A stretch of 64,000 nucleotides of DNA from an uncultured Gemmatimonadales bacterium. GTDB taxonomy: Bacteria > Gemmatimonadota > Gemmatimonadetes > Gemmatimonadales > GWC2-71-9. A program made the translations under genes and the position numbers. The notes under the pieces are model-generated. The model had not been told where the DNA came from. It ran no database searches and saw only the letters and a program-made list of their open reading frames with translations. How positions within the stretch are numbered: the stretch's first letter is position 1; each line of letters starts with the position of its first letter. Below, piece by piece: positions 29,830 through 40,700 of the stretch. The stretch spans positions 148,361 through 212,360 of the forward strand of contig CAWJIM010000005.1 in the NCBI GenBank assembly GCA_963842945.1, read 5' to 3'.

Positions 29830-30039
29830 ATGGCACGTACTAATGGCACGGTCAAATGGTTCAATGACGCGAAGGGCTTTGGTTTCATCACGCCCGCGGA
29901 CGGTCAGAAGGACTGCTTCGTACACCACTCGGCCATTTCGGGGGAGGGCTTCAAGAGCCTGGCCGAGGGTGACCAGGTCGAGTTCGACGTCGTGCAGGGC
30001 CAGAAGGGTCCTGCCGCAGAGAACGTCGTGAAGAAGTAA
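29830..30039 (+). CDS. cspA: Cold-shock protein (CspA family)
   Basis: [38 protein letters not shown]. Confidence 0.97.
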   Translation: MARTNGTVKWFNDAKGFGFITPADGQKDCFVHHSAISGEGFKSLAEGDQVEFDVVQGQKGPAAENVVKK

Positions 30040-30062
30040 CGTAATCAGTGAAGACGTAGAAA

Positions 30063-30107
30063 AACGGCGTGCAGGAGACCATAACTCGTCTCCTGCACGC
30101 CGTTCTT
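30063..30107. terminator. Bidirectional intrinsic terminator
   Basis: 17-bp stem aacggcgtgcaggagac/gtctcctgcacgccgtt between convergent genes. Confidence 0.85.
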
Positions 30108-30127
30108 CAGCTACGAACTGCTAAACG

Positions 30128-30631
30128 TTACCTGCCGTAGCTGTCCCCACCATGCCGCGAAAGAACCTCACGGGTCTGGTCTGGAGTAACCACGCCCTGC
30201 GTTTCCACGGCTACGAGCACTCCACCGCGCTCGACCGCCGGACCGTAGAACTCGGCCTCGTCCTTGCTATAACCCGCTTTGCTCAAGCCGCCGGCGATGG
30301 CACCTGAGGTACCACCCACGATCGCGCCCGCAGCAAGGGCCCCACCGGTTGTCCCCAGAGCGGTAGCCAGCGCGCCCGCCGTGATGAAGGGCCCGACACC
30401 TGGAATCGCCAGGGCGGCCAAGCCGAAGAGCAGGCCGGCGCCGGCCCCAGCAGCCGCACCTTTGGCCGCTCGTTTGCCCGCAGTGTCAGTCGAAGCGCCT
30501 GCAGCAACAGCCTCTTCCTCGTTCCGGGCGATAAATGATAGATCCGTATCCGTCACTCCCAGGCGCCGCAGCTCGGTGACAGCTTTCTCGGCCCGCGTCT
30601 GGTCGTCAAATACAGCAGTAACTCGCGACAT
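30128..30631 (-). CDS. General stress protein (17M-like, Gly/Ala-rich membrane protein)
   Basis: AVFDD...AEKAV..L...G; LAIPGVGPFITAG; GGVLVAV. Confidence 0.8.
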   Translation of the reverse strand: MSRVTAVFDDQTRAEKAVTELRRLGVTDTDLSFIARNEEEAVAAGASTDTAGKRAAKGAAAGAGAGLLFGLAALAIPGVGPFITAGALATALGTTGGALAAGAIVGGTSGAIAGGLSKAGYSKDEAEFYGPAVERGGVLVAVETQGVVTPDQTREVLSRHGGDSYGR

Positions 30632-30760
30632 GTAGTTCCTTGGTTCAGGCTCATAAGGTGAATCTTTAGCCCGCCTATTTAGCACACTCTTCGGGGGAGG
30701 GCAGTGAGCCTGGACACAATAAGGCGAGAGGAAGGGTGGACGACTACCTGCGCTGTCACG

Positions 30761-31241
30761 TTACAGTGCTAGTGGCGGACCAAGGCGACAGTAGTCGAAG
30801 CTGAGGCCGAACCTGCCCCGGGTGCTCAGTTCGAAGAGCTCGATGGGATTTCCGTCCGGATCGAGCACCTGGATCTGTTTGCCCCCCGGCCCCACCTCCA
30901 GGTCGTTCCGAAACTCCAGCTCCGGCGCGCCGTAACACGGCAATCTTGGCCGGCAGGTCGCTGACCTGCAGCGTGATCCGGTTGGAGCCGCCGGGTTCCT
31001 GGGGCTGCCCTCTCACCAGGCGAGAGCCCGATGCGGCGGGACCACTGAGGTGAAGCTTCAAGGGCCCGAGTGCCACGGTGGCGAAGGCCGGCAGCTGTTG
31101 ATACTCGAGCGTGAAGCCCAGGTGCGTCGTGTAGAAAGCGACGGCCCGCTGTACGTCGGTGACGAGATACCGCACACCATGAAAGCTGAAGATCGCTGTG
31201 GTCGGTGCGGACACCTGGGAGCTTGGTTTAGCGGAGGTCAT
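30761..31241 (-). CDS. VOC/glyoxalase family protein (frameshifted)
   Basis: VRYLVTDVQRAVAFYT..LGF; GPGGKQIQVLDPDGNPIELFE. Confidence 0.85.
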
Positions 31242-31338
31242 GAGGCACGCTCCTGTGAATAGTTGTCCTGTTGCAGAAAGTACCGCCGGCGTTCTACGAG
31301 GCCAAACTGGCCTGGTAGCAGGATCCTCCGCCATTCCG

Positions 31339-31731
31339 TTAGTACACACTGAAGCTCGAAGTCTGCAGGTTGTTCTCCAGGGTCCAGAAGATGGCCTGCC
31401 CCGGGATGACGAGAATCGTCTCCGAGGTGAAAGGCTGTCCCGCGAGCGGAAGGGCTCGAAGCCGCACGCTGCTGCTGGTATTCAGCCAGCGAGAGGCGAA
31501 ATCCAAGGTTGCCTCTCCCAGGGCCGAGACCCTGCCCAGCCGTTGGGAAAGCCCGCCCGCAAGCAGGTAGACTGTGACATCACTCCAGTTGTGATTCTTC
31601 ACTGATACCACTACTTGCTCCTCAGGCGGCTCCGCGGCCGGAGCCGCCGAATAGCGGTGGAAGAGTCCACCGCAACTGCAGAGCAACACAGCGGTGGTCA
31701 GGCAGGTGGCAGCGAGATGAGCGCTCGGCAT
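31339..31731 (-). CDS. Hypothetical lipoprotein
   Basis: GGAGGT RBS; signal ending LLCSC; V.NHNWSDVTVY. Confidence 0.7.
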   Translation of the reverse strand: MPSAHLAATCLTTAVLLCSCGGLFHRYSAAPAAEPPEEQVVVSVKNHNWSDVTVYLLAGGLSQRLGRVSALGEATLDFASRWLNTSSSVRLRALPLAGQPFTSETILVIPGQAIFWTLENNLQTSSFSVY

Positions 31732-31749
31732 GGTGACCTCCAGATCGCT

Positions 31750-31791
31750 TTACCTACACTGTAGGTAACCGTTAACCTACAGTGTTGGTAA
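31750..31791. promoter_or_regulatory. Twin palindromic TetR-type operators
   Basis: TTACCTACA-C-TGTAGGTAA (31750-31768, perfect) and TAACCTACA-G-TGTTGGTAA (31773-31791) between divergent genes. Confidence 0.8.
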
Positions 31792-31821
31792 TTGCCGTCA
31801 AGTCCGGCTAGCTTTGGGCCC

Positions 31822-32436
31822 ATGGGAAGACCCCGTCTGACTAGGGCCCGTATCCTGTCCACCGCCATCCAACTGGCCGACCGGGAGGGGCTGGAGGCCG
31901 TCACCCTCCGCCGGCTGGCGGCCCGGCTGGGGGTACACGTCACCTCCCTCTACAATCACGTGCCGACCAAAGAGGCGGTGCTGGATGGGATCGCCGAGAA
32001 ACTGATCGAAGAAGCCAGGCTGCCGACTGGAGAGATGAAGTGGGAGGACTGGGTTCGCCGGTTCGCGGCTGCTCTGCGAACCGTGGCCCAGAAGCACCCC
32101 GGCGCGTTCGCGGTGCTGCACTACCGTCCGGTTCAGGGACCGCAAGCGGCCCTGTGGGCCGAAGCCGGACTGGCAGCGTTCCACGCGGGAGGCTTCGGCC
32201 CGGCCCAAGCGTACTGCGCATTCAAGTCGACCACCCTCGCGGTGCTCGGCCTGATACTCGATGATCTTGCCGGCCTGCGGACTCCCGATCTGGAATCCGA
32301 CCTGAGTCTGCTGCCGCCCGAGCACTTTCCCCGCATCCACGAAGCCAGTGCGGTGGCCGAGAAGGCGGATGCCTGGAGCTACCTGATTGAGAGTCTCATT
32401 CGGGGTTTCGCGGGCACATCACCGATCGGTCCTTGA
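31822..32436 (+). CDS. TetR/AcrR-family regulator (TetR_C type)
   Basis: LTRARIL.TA..L...EGLEAVTLRRLAARLGV...SLYNHV..KE. Confidence 0.92.
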   Translation: MGRPRLTRARILSTAIQLADREGLEAVTLRRLAARLGVHVTSLYNHVPTKEAVLDGIAEKLIEEARLPTGEMKWEDWVRRFAAALRTVAQKHPGAFAVLHYRPVQGPQAALWAEAGLAAFHAGGFGPAQAYCAFKSTTLAVLGLILDDLAGLRTPDLESDLSLLPPEHFPRIHEASAVAEKADAWSYLIESLIRGFAGTSPIGP

Positions 32437-32465
32437 TCTCAGGGTCTCACGTAAAGGAGCTCTCC

Positions 32466-32948
32466 ATGTTCCGGTACCTGCCACGCTTCCTATCCCTGCC
32501 GATCTTTCTTCTTCTGCTGCCGGCCCCTGCGCTCGCCCAGGAGCCGACCCACGCGGCCCCCGCAGCCGTGACAGCTGAGATACGCGAGGCGACTCGCCGC
32601 TACGACGACGCGCTCCGGCGGTCCGATGCGGCGGCAGTCGAGCAGTTCTGGGCCCCCGAGTACACCTTCGTCAACCCTCGGGGCGAGCGCGTCACCCGCG
32701 CCGATCGTCTGGCAAACCTGCGCGCAACCCGGACCGCGTTTGACTCGCTCGCCCATGCACCGGAGGACGAGCAGATCCGCGCGTACGGAAACGGCGACGT
32801 GGCGGTGTACACCACGCTCCTCACGATCGGCGGCCGGTACGGGGGCCAGACAGCGCAGGGCCGCTATCGCGCGTTGGTCGTCTGGGTCCGCCGCGAGGGA
32901 CGGTGGCAGCAGGTCGCGAGTCAACTCACCCAGGTGCTCGCTCGCTGA
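32466..32948 (+). CDS. NTF2-like (DUF4440) secreted protein
   Basis: AAGGAG RBS; signal peptide; YTFVNPRG, VWVRREGRWQ. Confidence 0.8.
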   Translation: MFRYLPRFLSLPIFLLLLPAPALAQEPTHAAPAAVTAEIREATRRYDDALRRSDAAAVEQFWAPEYTFVNPRGERVTRADRLANLRATRTAFDSLAHAPEDEQIRAYGNGDVAVYTTLLTIGGRYGGQTAQGRYRALVVWVRREGRWQQVASQLTQVLAR

Positions 32949-33170
32949 GGCCGTGGCCTGGTGCTCGCGACGCGCTCGTCACCTCCGCTGACTAGCTGAT
33001 CTGATTCTTAGGGCCGGCCTGCTCCTCTAGACCGGATACCTCTCAGAACCGTCAAGCTTCTCCGGTGGTCGCGGGATGGATTGTGAAAGCCAGAAGCAAG
33101 GTCGCCGCTCTCTGGCGGCCCTGAGAGAGCAAGTGAACAGCAGGGGGCGCCGGCCACATTCCAGTGGTAC

Positions 33171-33271
33171 CGGCGCTCACTCACCAGGAGGACCCATGCC
33201 GGAGAAATAGAAGAGACTATCGAGCGCGCACGAGAGGACGCTCGCGAAGGCAAGTCGCCGTCCAGCAGGCC
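33171..33271 (+). pseudogene. Decayed duplicate of the RBS and 5' end of the downstream gene
   Basis: Near copy of 33330-33426, with ATG CCG GAG AAA TAG. Confidence 0.85.
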
Positions 33272-33275
33272 AGGG

Positions 33276-33294
33276 GGGTGATCCACACCACGGT
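33276..33294 (+). repeat. Dispersed motif, copy 3 (19-nt core)
   Basis: GGGTGATCCACACCACGGT. Confidence 0.8.
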
Positions 33295-33354
33295 GCGCCA
33301 TAGCGGTGCCAGCCACTGTTCGAGTCACACGGCGCTCACCCACCAGGAGGACCC

Positions 33355-33855
33355 ATGCCGGAGAAAAAGACGATCGAGCGCGCGCGAGAGGACGCTCGCG
33401 AGGGAAAGTCGCCGTCCACCCAGGCCGGCGAGTTCGTGCGGGAAGAAATCCATCACATCCGAGAAGGCAAGCACGGGGCCAGCTCCACCAAGCAGGCGAT
33501 CGCCATCGGCCTGTCGAAGGCCCGGCGGGCCGGAGTGAAGCTGAAGCCGCCCAAGAAAGGCACCACCTCCGAGGCAACCCGCCGCGCCGCCGCGCGCGAC
33601 TCCCGAAAGGCCCGAAGTGGCGGCCTGAAGAAGACGTCGCCCCGGCGCTCGCGGGCGATGCTGAACCGGCTCAAGCGCGAAGGCCACAGCGCCGCGTCTC
33701 CTCAGGCGCTGGCGAGACAGGCCCGGTCGGCCGCTCGTCGCCGGAGTGCGGCGAGCAGGTCGGCCTCGGCCAAGCAGGCCGCGCCCACCAAGGGGCCGGC
33801 CAAGCGGCGGGCCGCGGCGAAGAAAGGGGCGACGACCAGGGCGCGGCGCGGATAA
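33355..33855 (+). CDS. DUF6496-like basic protein (possible DNA-binding)
   Basis: GKSPSTQAGEFVREEI.HIREGKHG...KQAIAIGLSKARRAG; K/R/A-rich tail. Confidence 0.8.
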   Translation: MPEKKTIERAREDAREGKSPSTQAGEFVREEIHHIREGKHGASSTKQAIAIGLSKARRAGVKLKPPKKGTTSEATRRAAARDSRKARSGGLKKTSPRRSRAMLNRLKREGHSAASPQALARQARSAARRRSAASRSASAKQAAPTKGPAKRRAAAKKGATTRARRG

Positions 33856-33859
33856 CACC

Positions 33860-35479
33860 ATGCCTAAGCCTGCCGGCCGGAAGAAAGCCGCACCCGCGGT
33901 CGAAGAACGCGAAGTAAACGAGTCCGCCTCTTCAACATCCCTGCCTGACTACAGCGTCGCTATCGTCGAGGCCGTGCGGGAGCCGCTGGTGCTCCTGGAC
34001 TCGGGCCTCCGCGTGTTGGTCGCCAACGCGGCCTTCTATCGGACCTTCGACGTGACCCCTGCCGTCGTTCGGCGGCGGTCCCTGTTCGACCTCGCCCACA
34101 GCCGGTGGGACGCCCCCGAGCTCCACGCCGTCCTGCAGGAATTGCAGGAACGGGATATCGCCTTCGAGAACCATGAGGTCCGCGTCACCATCGACGGCCA
34201 GCCGAGGATCTACCGGCTCAACGCCCGGAAGCTCGACTCGTCCAATCCTGCCAACCAGACCATCCTGCTCGCGTTCGAGGACGTAACCGAACAACTGCGC
34301 ATGGACGAGCGGTTGCGCGATCTGGCCCGGATGGAGGCCATCGGGCAGCTGGCCGGGGGCGTGGCGCACGAGATCAACAATCAAATGACGGTCCTCACCG
34401 GTTTCCTGGCGTTCGTGACCCGGGACCTTCAGCCGGACGATCCGAAGGGGAAAGACCTCCAGTACGCTCGGCACGCCGCCGAGCACGTCATCTATATCAC
34501 CCGCCAGCTGCTGAACTTCAGCCGCAAGCAGCTGATCAGGCGCGAGATCATTGATCCCTGGACTTTGCTCCAGGGCATGCAAACGCTGCTGGGCCGGGTG
34601 ATCGGATCGGGCATCCTGGTTAACGTCGTCCAGGAAGGAGACGTCCGGGCGGTCGAGTTCGACCCGACCCAGCTGGGAGAATTATTCATCAACCTCGCCC
34701 TGAACTCGCGCTACGCCATGGGGCGGGCCGGTACCCTGGAGATTACCCTCTCCACCGTCGAGGTGGACGAGACCGGCAATGTCGAGGCACCGTTCCCAGG
34801 CCAACCTCCCGGGAGGTATGTCCGGATCGAGGTGCGCGACACGGGGACCGGCATGGATGAGGACACCCGCAAGCGAATCTTCGAGCCGTTTTTCACCACC
34901 AAGCCCATCGGTGAGGGTACCGGACTCGGATTGGCCAGCGTAATGGGGGCGATAACCCAGAACGGGGGCTTTATCCGGGCAGAGAGTCAGCTCGGCGTCG
35001 GCACCACCTTCATCATCGAGCTGCCTGAGGTTGCCCCGGACTTGGCAGTGGATCGCGAGACCGGCAATGCGGAGGACCTGCCACGGGGAGACGAGACCAT
35101 TCTTGTGGCGGAAGATGAGGACGGAGTCCGCAGCTGGATCAGCCGGGTACTCAGTGACCTGGGATACACCGTCCTGGAGGCTCGTCACGGGGAGGAAGCG
35201 CTGAAGCTGTTTGCCAACAACGCCGCCGAGGTGCGACTGGTCCTGGCCGATCTGGTGATGCCGGAGGCGGATGGGCGTCAGCTCGGCGAAGCGATGACCA
35301 CTCGCGCTCCGGATGTGCCCGTCCTCTACATGTCCGCCTACACCGAGGACGAGATCATCCGCCGGCGACTGCTCGAGCCCTCGGTCCCATTTCTGCAGAA
35401 GCCATTCTCACCCTGGCAGCTGGCTCAATCGGTGCGCGCCGCACTGGACTTGCCGTCGGCGGCCGGCCTTGGTTCTTGA
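33860..35479 (+). CDS. PAS hybrid histidine kinase/receiver
   Basis: GGVAHEINN H-box, NLALNS, DTGTGM, FEPFFTTK, GTGLGL; receiver AEDE..D..P..KP. Confidence 0.93.
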   Translation: MPKPAGRKKAAPAVEEREVNESASSTSLPDYSVAIVEAVREPLVLLDSGLRVLVANAAFYRTFDVTPAVVRRRSLFDLAHSRWDAPELHAVLQELQERDIAFENHEVRVTIDGQPRIYRLNARKLDSSNPANQTILLAFEDVTEQLRMDERLRDLARMEAIGQLAGGVAHEINNQMTVLTGFLAFVTRDLQPDDPKGKDLQYARHAAEHVIYITRQLLNFSRKQLIRREIIDPWTLLQGMQTLLGRVIGSGILVNVVQEGDVRAVEFDPTQLGELFINLALNSRYAMGRAGTLEITLSTVEVDETGNVEAPFPGQPPGRYVRIEVRDTGTGMDEDTRKRIFEPFFTTKPIGEGTGLGLASVMGAITQNGGFIRAESQLGVGTTFIIELPEVAPDLAVDRETGNAEDLPRGDETILVAEDEDGVRSWISRVLSDLGYTVLEARHGEEALKLFANNAAEVRLVLADLVMPEADGRQLGEAMTTRAPDVPVLYMSAYTEDEIIRRRLLEPSVPFLQKPFSPWQLAQSVRAALDLPSAAGLGS

Positions 35480-35612
35480 TGTAGAGGATTGGAAGCGTCG
35501 GCAGTTGCGCCCGGACATCTGTGGAGGTCTGGTGGTGGGGACGCCTAACCCTCTGTACCCCAAAGAGGGCCGTCGTACCGCAATAGGAGTAGTCCACCAG
35601 GTCCTCATCGTC

Positions 35613-35644
35613 CCGCTTACCGCTTACCGCTCACCGCTCACGCT
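35613..35644. repeat. CCGCTYA heptamer array
   Basis: ccgcttaccgcttaccgctcaccgctcacgct next to the tamA stop. Confidence 0.75.
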
Positions 35645-35649
35645 TTTCC

Positions 35650-37794
35650 TTAGAAGCTCGACCCGATCGAGAAATGCAGGTGCCACCGCCGCCCATTCTC
35701 GGTGGGCACCGTGCTGAGGGGGCGGCCCTCCTCCAGCGCGGCGAACACGCCCGCCGGAGAACGAAGGTCCAACGGGGAAGGGTTGAGCTTGTAGCCCACG
35801 GCGACCGCGACCGCGCCCACCACGGTTTCGTAGCCGATGCCGGCTCCCACCGAGGTGTAGAGCTTGTCCTGATCCAGCTCGCCGGCCTGGAGCTGGAACC
35901 GGGTGTCCGGAGTCCAGATCCGGCCGCTATCGAAAAAGGCGAAGCTCTCCCATGCCTTCCCCATCCCAGGAACCGGAAGCTGCAGCTCGGCGCTGCCGAT
36001 GAACCGGGCCAGTCCGCCGACCGGAGCGTACCGGTCGGCGATGGTGTCGGTCACTCCGTTCTGGGTCTGTATGCTCACCTGCGGCAGTTTCGGACCCACC
36101 AGCTCGCTCCCCCAGCCTCGCACATCCCGAGTACCGCCGGCAGTAAAGTCCACGTCGTCTAGCCGAAGCAGCGAGACGAAGGGAGACTCCTCCCCGACCC
36201 CGCTGAGGCTCTTGCCGAAGGCGAAGATCCGTCCGGCACTGAGCCGGACGGTAAATCCCACCCTCGATGAGACTGGCAGGAACGCAGTGCCGCCGGCCTC
36301 CAGCAGCAGATACTCCGCGGTATTGAACCCCGGCGTGGTCACCTCGATCCGCGGGCGGAGGACGTAGCCCTTCCGCGGATTGGCCAGCTTATCCAGCCCG
36401 CCATAGGTCCCCTGCAAGCTGACCGTGCTTCGGTTTCGCACCGCCCCGAGCTGGCCCGCGACATTCGAGTCGGCCAGGCCCAGTAGAGGGAGGTACTGCA
36501 CCGGATCCAGGTTCTCACCGTACCCGTACGCCAGGATTTCGCGGTGTGAGATGGTGTAACCCAGTGCAATCGAGCGGAGTGGTCCCACCGCGTATGCCAG
36601 CGAGGCCTCGAGTCCGCCGGCCCGAGATCGGTCGCGCAGATCGTTCCGGTACTCGACGTACGGTCCCAGCGCGAGCGAGAGCCGGCGGTGGCCGATGTAG
36701 GGCAGGAACAGCGTGGCCGAGGCCCGGTAGAGCTGCTGGGCCGGATCCTCGAATGAGAGGGCCCCGGTCTGTGCGGTACCGGTCACCGTGAACGTGCGAA
36801 CTCCCTGCAGGAAGCTCCGGTGAGTCCAGTTGACCTCGCCGGTGACTCCGCCGGCCGAGACGAGACCAGCCTCCCCGCGAATCAGATGCGGCTGGTTCAT
36901 GGTGACGTCGAGGTGCACCACCACGGTGGAATCGTCGGCGCTCTCCCGCGGCACGTCGAAGAGGGCCAGCCGGACCAGATCCAGCTGCACCAGCTGCTGC
37001 CGGCCCTTCTCCAATTCGCCCAGGTTATACCAGTCGCCCGCCTTCACCGTGAGTTGCCGAGTGATCTGGTGCGCCGGAATATTCCCGTTGCCGCTTACCA
37101 CGATCTCCCGGATGCGGGCGCGGATCCCGGGGCGCACCAGCACGGTGACTTCCGCCCGGTTGGCTGCACTGTCGGTCACGGCTCGAGCGGCGGCCACCGC
37201 GAAGGGGTAGCCCCGATCGCGAAACCAGCGCGTGGTGCTGTCGGCCAGGCCCCGCTGTTCATCCTGGCCGAAGCGGTCGGCCGTCCGCTGCGCCCGCTTC
37301 ACGAACTGGTCCCACTGGGGGGCGAGGTCCGGCGGAAATTTGAGAGTGCCACTGTCACCCACGAATCGGACCGAGTGCAGCAGCAGGGGCGGCCCCTCGG
37401 TGATCACGTACGTCACCTGAATCAGATCCGATTTGGCGTTGTAGCGTGCCTCGTGACCGACCTCGGCCTTAGGGAACCCCGACCGATAGTAGTGGTTGCG
37501 AAGTCGCACCTGGTCGCGCTGCATTTCGAGGGGATCGAAGAGATGAGAACCGACCGGTGGCACGAACGGCAGAAATCCGAGGGTCCGACGAAGTCCCACC
37601 ATGCCGCCCTGGCCACTGAGCGCGACTTTCGTGCGGAGCTCCTCCTCAGGAAGAGTGTGCATCCCCTTGAACCGGAACTCGACCGACTTCACCTGAGTCT
37701 TGGGACCGACCCGGCTGAGCGGGTCCTGGGCCCGAAGCGGGCTCGCCGCCGTGGCCAGCAGGCTCAGCGCGATTGCCCACCGGTCAATACGCAT
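35650..37794 (-). CDS. tamA: BamA/TamA-family outer membrane protein
   Basis: Signal peptide, POTRA-like repeats (GY/GFP.A), AGG.RDVRGW, C-terminal HFSIGSSF. Confidence 0.85.
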   Translation of the reverse strand: MRIDRWAIALSLLATAASPLRAQDPLSRVGPKTQVKSVEFRFKGMHTLPEEELRTKVALSGQGGMVGLRRTLGFLPFVPPVGSHLFDPLEMQRDQVRLRNHYYRSGFPKAEVGHEARYNAKSDLIQVTYVITEGPPLLLHSVRFVGDSGTLKFPPDLAPQWDQFVKRAQRTADRFGQDEQRGLADSTTRWFRDRGYPFAVAAARAVTDSAANRAEVTVLVRPGIRARIREIVVSGNGNIPAHQITRQLTVKAGDWYNLGELEKGRQQLVQLDLVRLALFDVPRESADDSTVVVHLDVTMNQPHLIRGEAGLVSAGGVTGEVNWTHRSFLQGVRTFTVTGTAQTGALSFEDPAQQLYRASATLFLPYIGHRRLSLALGPYVEYRNDLRDRSRAGGLEASLAYAVGPLRSIALGYTISHREILAYGYGENLDPVQYLPLLGLADSNVAGQLGAVRNRSTVSLQGTYGGLDKLANPRKGYVLRPRIEVTTPGFNTAEYLLLEAGGTAFLPVSSRVGFTVRLSAGRIFAFGKSLSGVGEESPFVSLLRLDDVDFTAGGTRDVRGWGSELVGPKLPQVSIQTQNGVTDTIADRYAPVGGLARFIGSAELQLPVPGMGKAWESFAFFDSGRIWTPDTRFQLQAGELDQDKLYTSVGAGIGYETVVGAVAVAVGYKLNPSPLDLRSPAGVFAALEEGRPLSTVPTENGRRWHLHFSIGSSF

Positions 37795-40700
37795 AGCGGC
37801 TCCGCAGACTGAAACTGGGCGGCACGTTGCCGGCCTCGACCTTGGCCCGGAGCCAGCGCTGCAGCGCGTACTCCACCTCGAAGCTCGGGCCGAGGTTGTA
37901 TCCCGTCTGTTGCGCCCGCGTATCCAGCTGGATCGGGAGATTCATGCTGAGAAACAGGCTGGAGCCCACGTATCGCCCGGCGGTCAGCGTCAGCCCGCGA
38001 ACTCCCTCGGGCTTGATCTGGAAGACGTCGAGTCCCAGTCGCTTCTCCGCCGAAGTGGACAGGCTCCCGGTGAGAGTGCCCAACGCTACGGCGGCCCCCA
38101 TCTCTCCCGTGCTCTGTCCGCCCGAGCCCTGGGCCAGCGGATTATCCGACGAGGGGCGGCCGGTCACGAGGTAGGAGAGGATGTCGTCCTGGCTCATATC
38201 GGGCTGGCTGGTAAACTCGAGCGCCAGACTGTCCAGGTGACCCTTGGCGGCAACGTCGACGACGACTCCCTCGTCATCCGGTCCACCCTGAGTCGGCACC
38301 TGATATTCGGCGGTGACGTCCAGCGTGGTGGAATCGACTGGTCCGTTGAGCCGGATGTTACCGCCGGTGAGCCGGAACTCGCGTCCGTACACGTCCAGGG
38401 TTCCCCGTCCCGGTACCGGCTCGACCTTTCCGAAGAACTGCATTGGCTGCCCCGGGTCCTGCCGCAGCCGGATCCGGCCGCTCAGCTCGATCTCAGCCTT
38501 GGGACTGGTGGTTCGGCGGAACCACACCCGGTTGGGGAGCCGCATATTGAGATCGAGATGGAAGCGGTCCACCAATCCCGGGCTCTCGTGGACCTGGGCC
38601 AACACCGCCGGCCCAAACTCCCGTGCCAGCTGCCGAAGATCCTCGGGCGTGAGCTCGACCTTCTCCACCGTCACCGCGGTTTGCGCGCCGCCCATGATGA
38701 TGTCCGTCCGGCCCATGGTGAGGTTGCCGGTGAGCGACGGCTTCGCGGCGGTGCCCTGGAGCCGGAGATCGCCCGAGGCCACCGCCTGCAGAGAAGAGGA
38801 ATTGGAGATCCGGAAGTTGCTCAGCTTGGCGGTGAGATCGAGTGCCGGATCGTTGAACGGCCGCAGCCGGACGACGCCCTGCGCGGTGAGCGACTGCTTC
38901 TTGTCGGTGAGGAGCTGGAACTGCTCGATCCGTAGCTCATCGCCCGAGAGCCGTCCGACCATGCCGCCGTCACGATAGCTCAGTCCTAGTGGCGGCAGTG
39001 CCACCGCGACACCAGTCACCTCCAGGGTGCCGTCGGCGCGCGGTGCCTTGACCGGTCCGCTCACTCGCGCTTTAGCGATCAACCTTCCGCGAAGGTCTCG
39101 GGCCGCGTCCGCCCGCAGGAGTGGGTTGAATACGGCGAGATCGAAGCTGTCGGCCTGCACCGCGAGGGCGAGCGTGTCGGCTGCTGGCGTCACCCCTACG
39201 TTGTTTCCACTGTCGGTGGGAGTGAGTGTGAGGCGCCAAGGCAAGGTGCCGTTCACCGTCAGCCGCCCGCCTCTCACCGGCACCGTCGCGGCGTTGATCG
39301 CAAGCCCCTCTCGAGTCCAGTTGATCCCGGTCTGTACCCGGCCGGTCTCTCGACCGTCGCTCTGACGGATCCCGAGCCCCAGCTTTCCCTGTAGCGTCGG
39401 CTCCGCCGCGGTCCCCTGCAGGCGAAGCCATCCATCGAGTCGTCCGCCGATGGGCGCGAGCCCGAGAGAGCGGAGTGTTTCGAGATTCAGATCGGTGATA
39501 TGGACGCCGATGTCGCTCGAGTGCTGCGGGTCGTAGAGGCCGTCGACGATGATTCGGTGCCTGCCGGACCGGAGGGCGAATCCATCTACCGCTACGCGAG
39601 GCCGGAGCTCGAGCTGGGCGGGCTGTTCCAGGGTCCAGGAGCTGTCGCCCTGCGTCAGGTCGAGCCGCTGGAGCGTGGCGCGCATGGTGTCGGACTGCAC
39701 CGTTCCTCGCAATGCAGTGACGATTCGGGCGCTGTCTCCCAGAGCCACGTCCCCATCCAGGGTGACCAGCGAATCGTAGCGCGCGGCCATTCGCGCCTCT
39801 GGAATTCTCATCTTACCCGAGGCCGCGTCCTTCACCCGGAGCTCTCCCCGCATTCCGGAGAGATGGGTGCTGTCGATTGCTGCGGTAGCACGGAGCGTCA
39901 CCCGATCGGCGAGGTTTCCGCCTGCCAGGATGCGATTGATCTGGCCCGCTCCATCGAGTCGCCAGCGCCAGGCCGGCCCCGCCAGGGTGAGCGCCATGCT
40001 CGCCGAATCGAGCGAGATCGAATCGCCGATGAATGGGGCAAGCGGTGCGAGGTTGTAGGTGGTCCCGGTGATCCGTAGGGTGCCCGGCCCGGCCTCTCTC
40101 CGGAGCGCGATCCGCCCGTGGCCGCCCAGCGCCAGCACGTTCGATCGGACGAGGAGGGTGTCTACCCGGATGGCTCCGGAATCGGGTCCCAGCGCCAGGT
40201 GCGCCGAGTTGATGCGTATGTCTCCGATCCCTCCGATCGCGTTCACATTGCCGTCGAGGGAGAGGAGACCCGCGCTGTCTCCGGCGGCGTTGAGCGTAAA
40301 GCTGGACTCGAGACGTCCGTCCGCATCCGCCCGCCCGGTCCAGCGCGCGAGACGCTCGAGCCGGAGCGTGCCGGTGGTGTGGACCTGCGTCGCCTTGCCG
40401 GTCTGTCCTTTCAGCTCGGCCTCGAGCTCACCGTCTCGGCCCGTTAGCCGCAGCTCACCCTGAAGCGCGTCACCCTTCAGGTTCAGCCTGACTCGGCCTC
40501 CCTGCAGCTGGGCCTGGTTGATTCGGGATGAGAGCAGCTCCAGCGACAGGTCGGCTTGCCTGGTTGCGGCGGAGTCTCCCGAGAGCTGAGCGGTGAAGCT
40601 GGCGTTGATGCTGGTATGCAGATCGGCACGACCCATCAAGGTGCCGAGATCGATCGAGTCGGCCTGGCTTCGCCGGATCGCGAGCGAGCGCCCACCCGCG

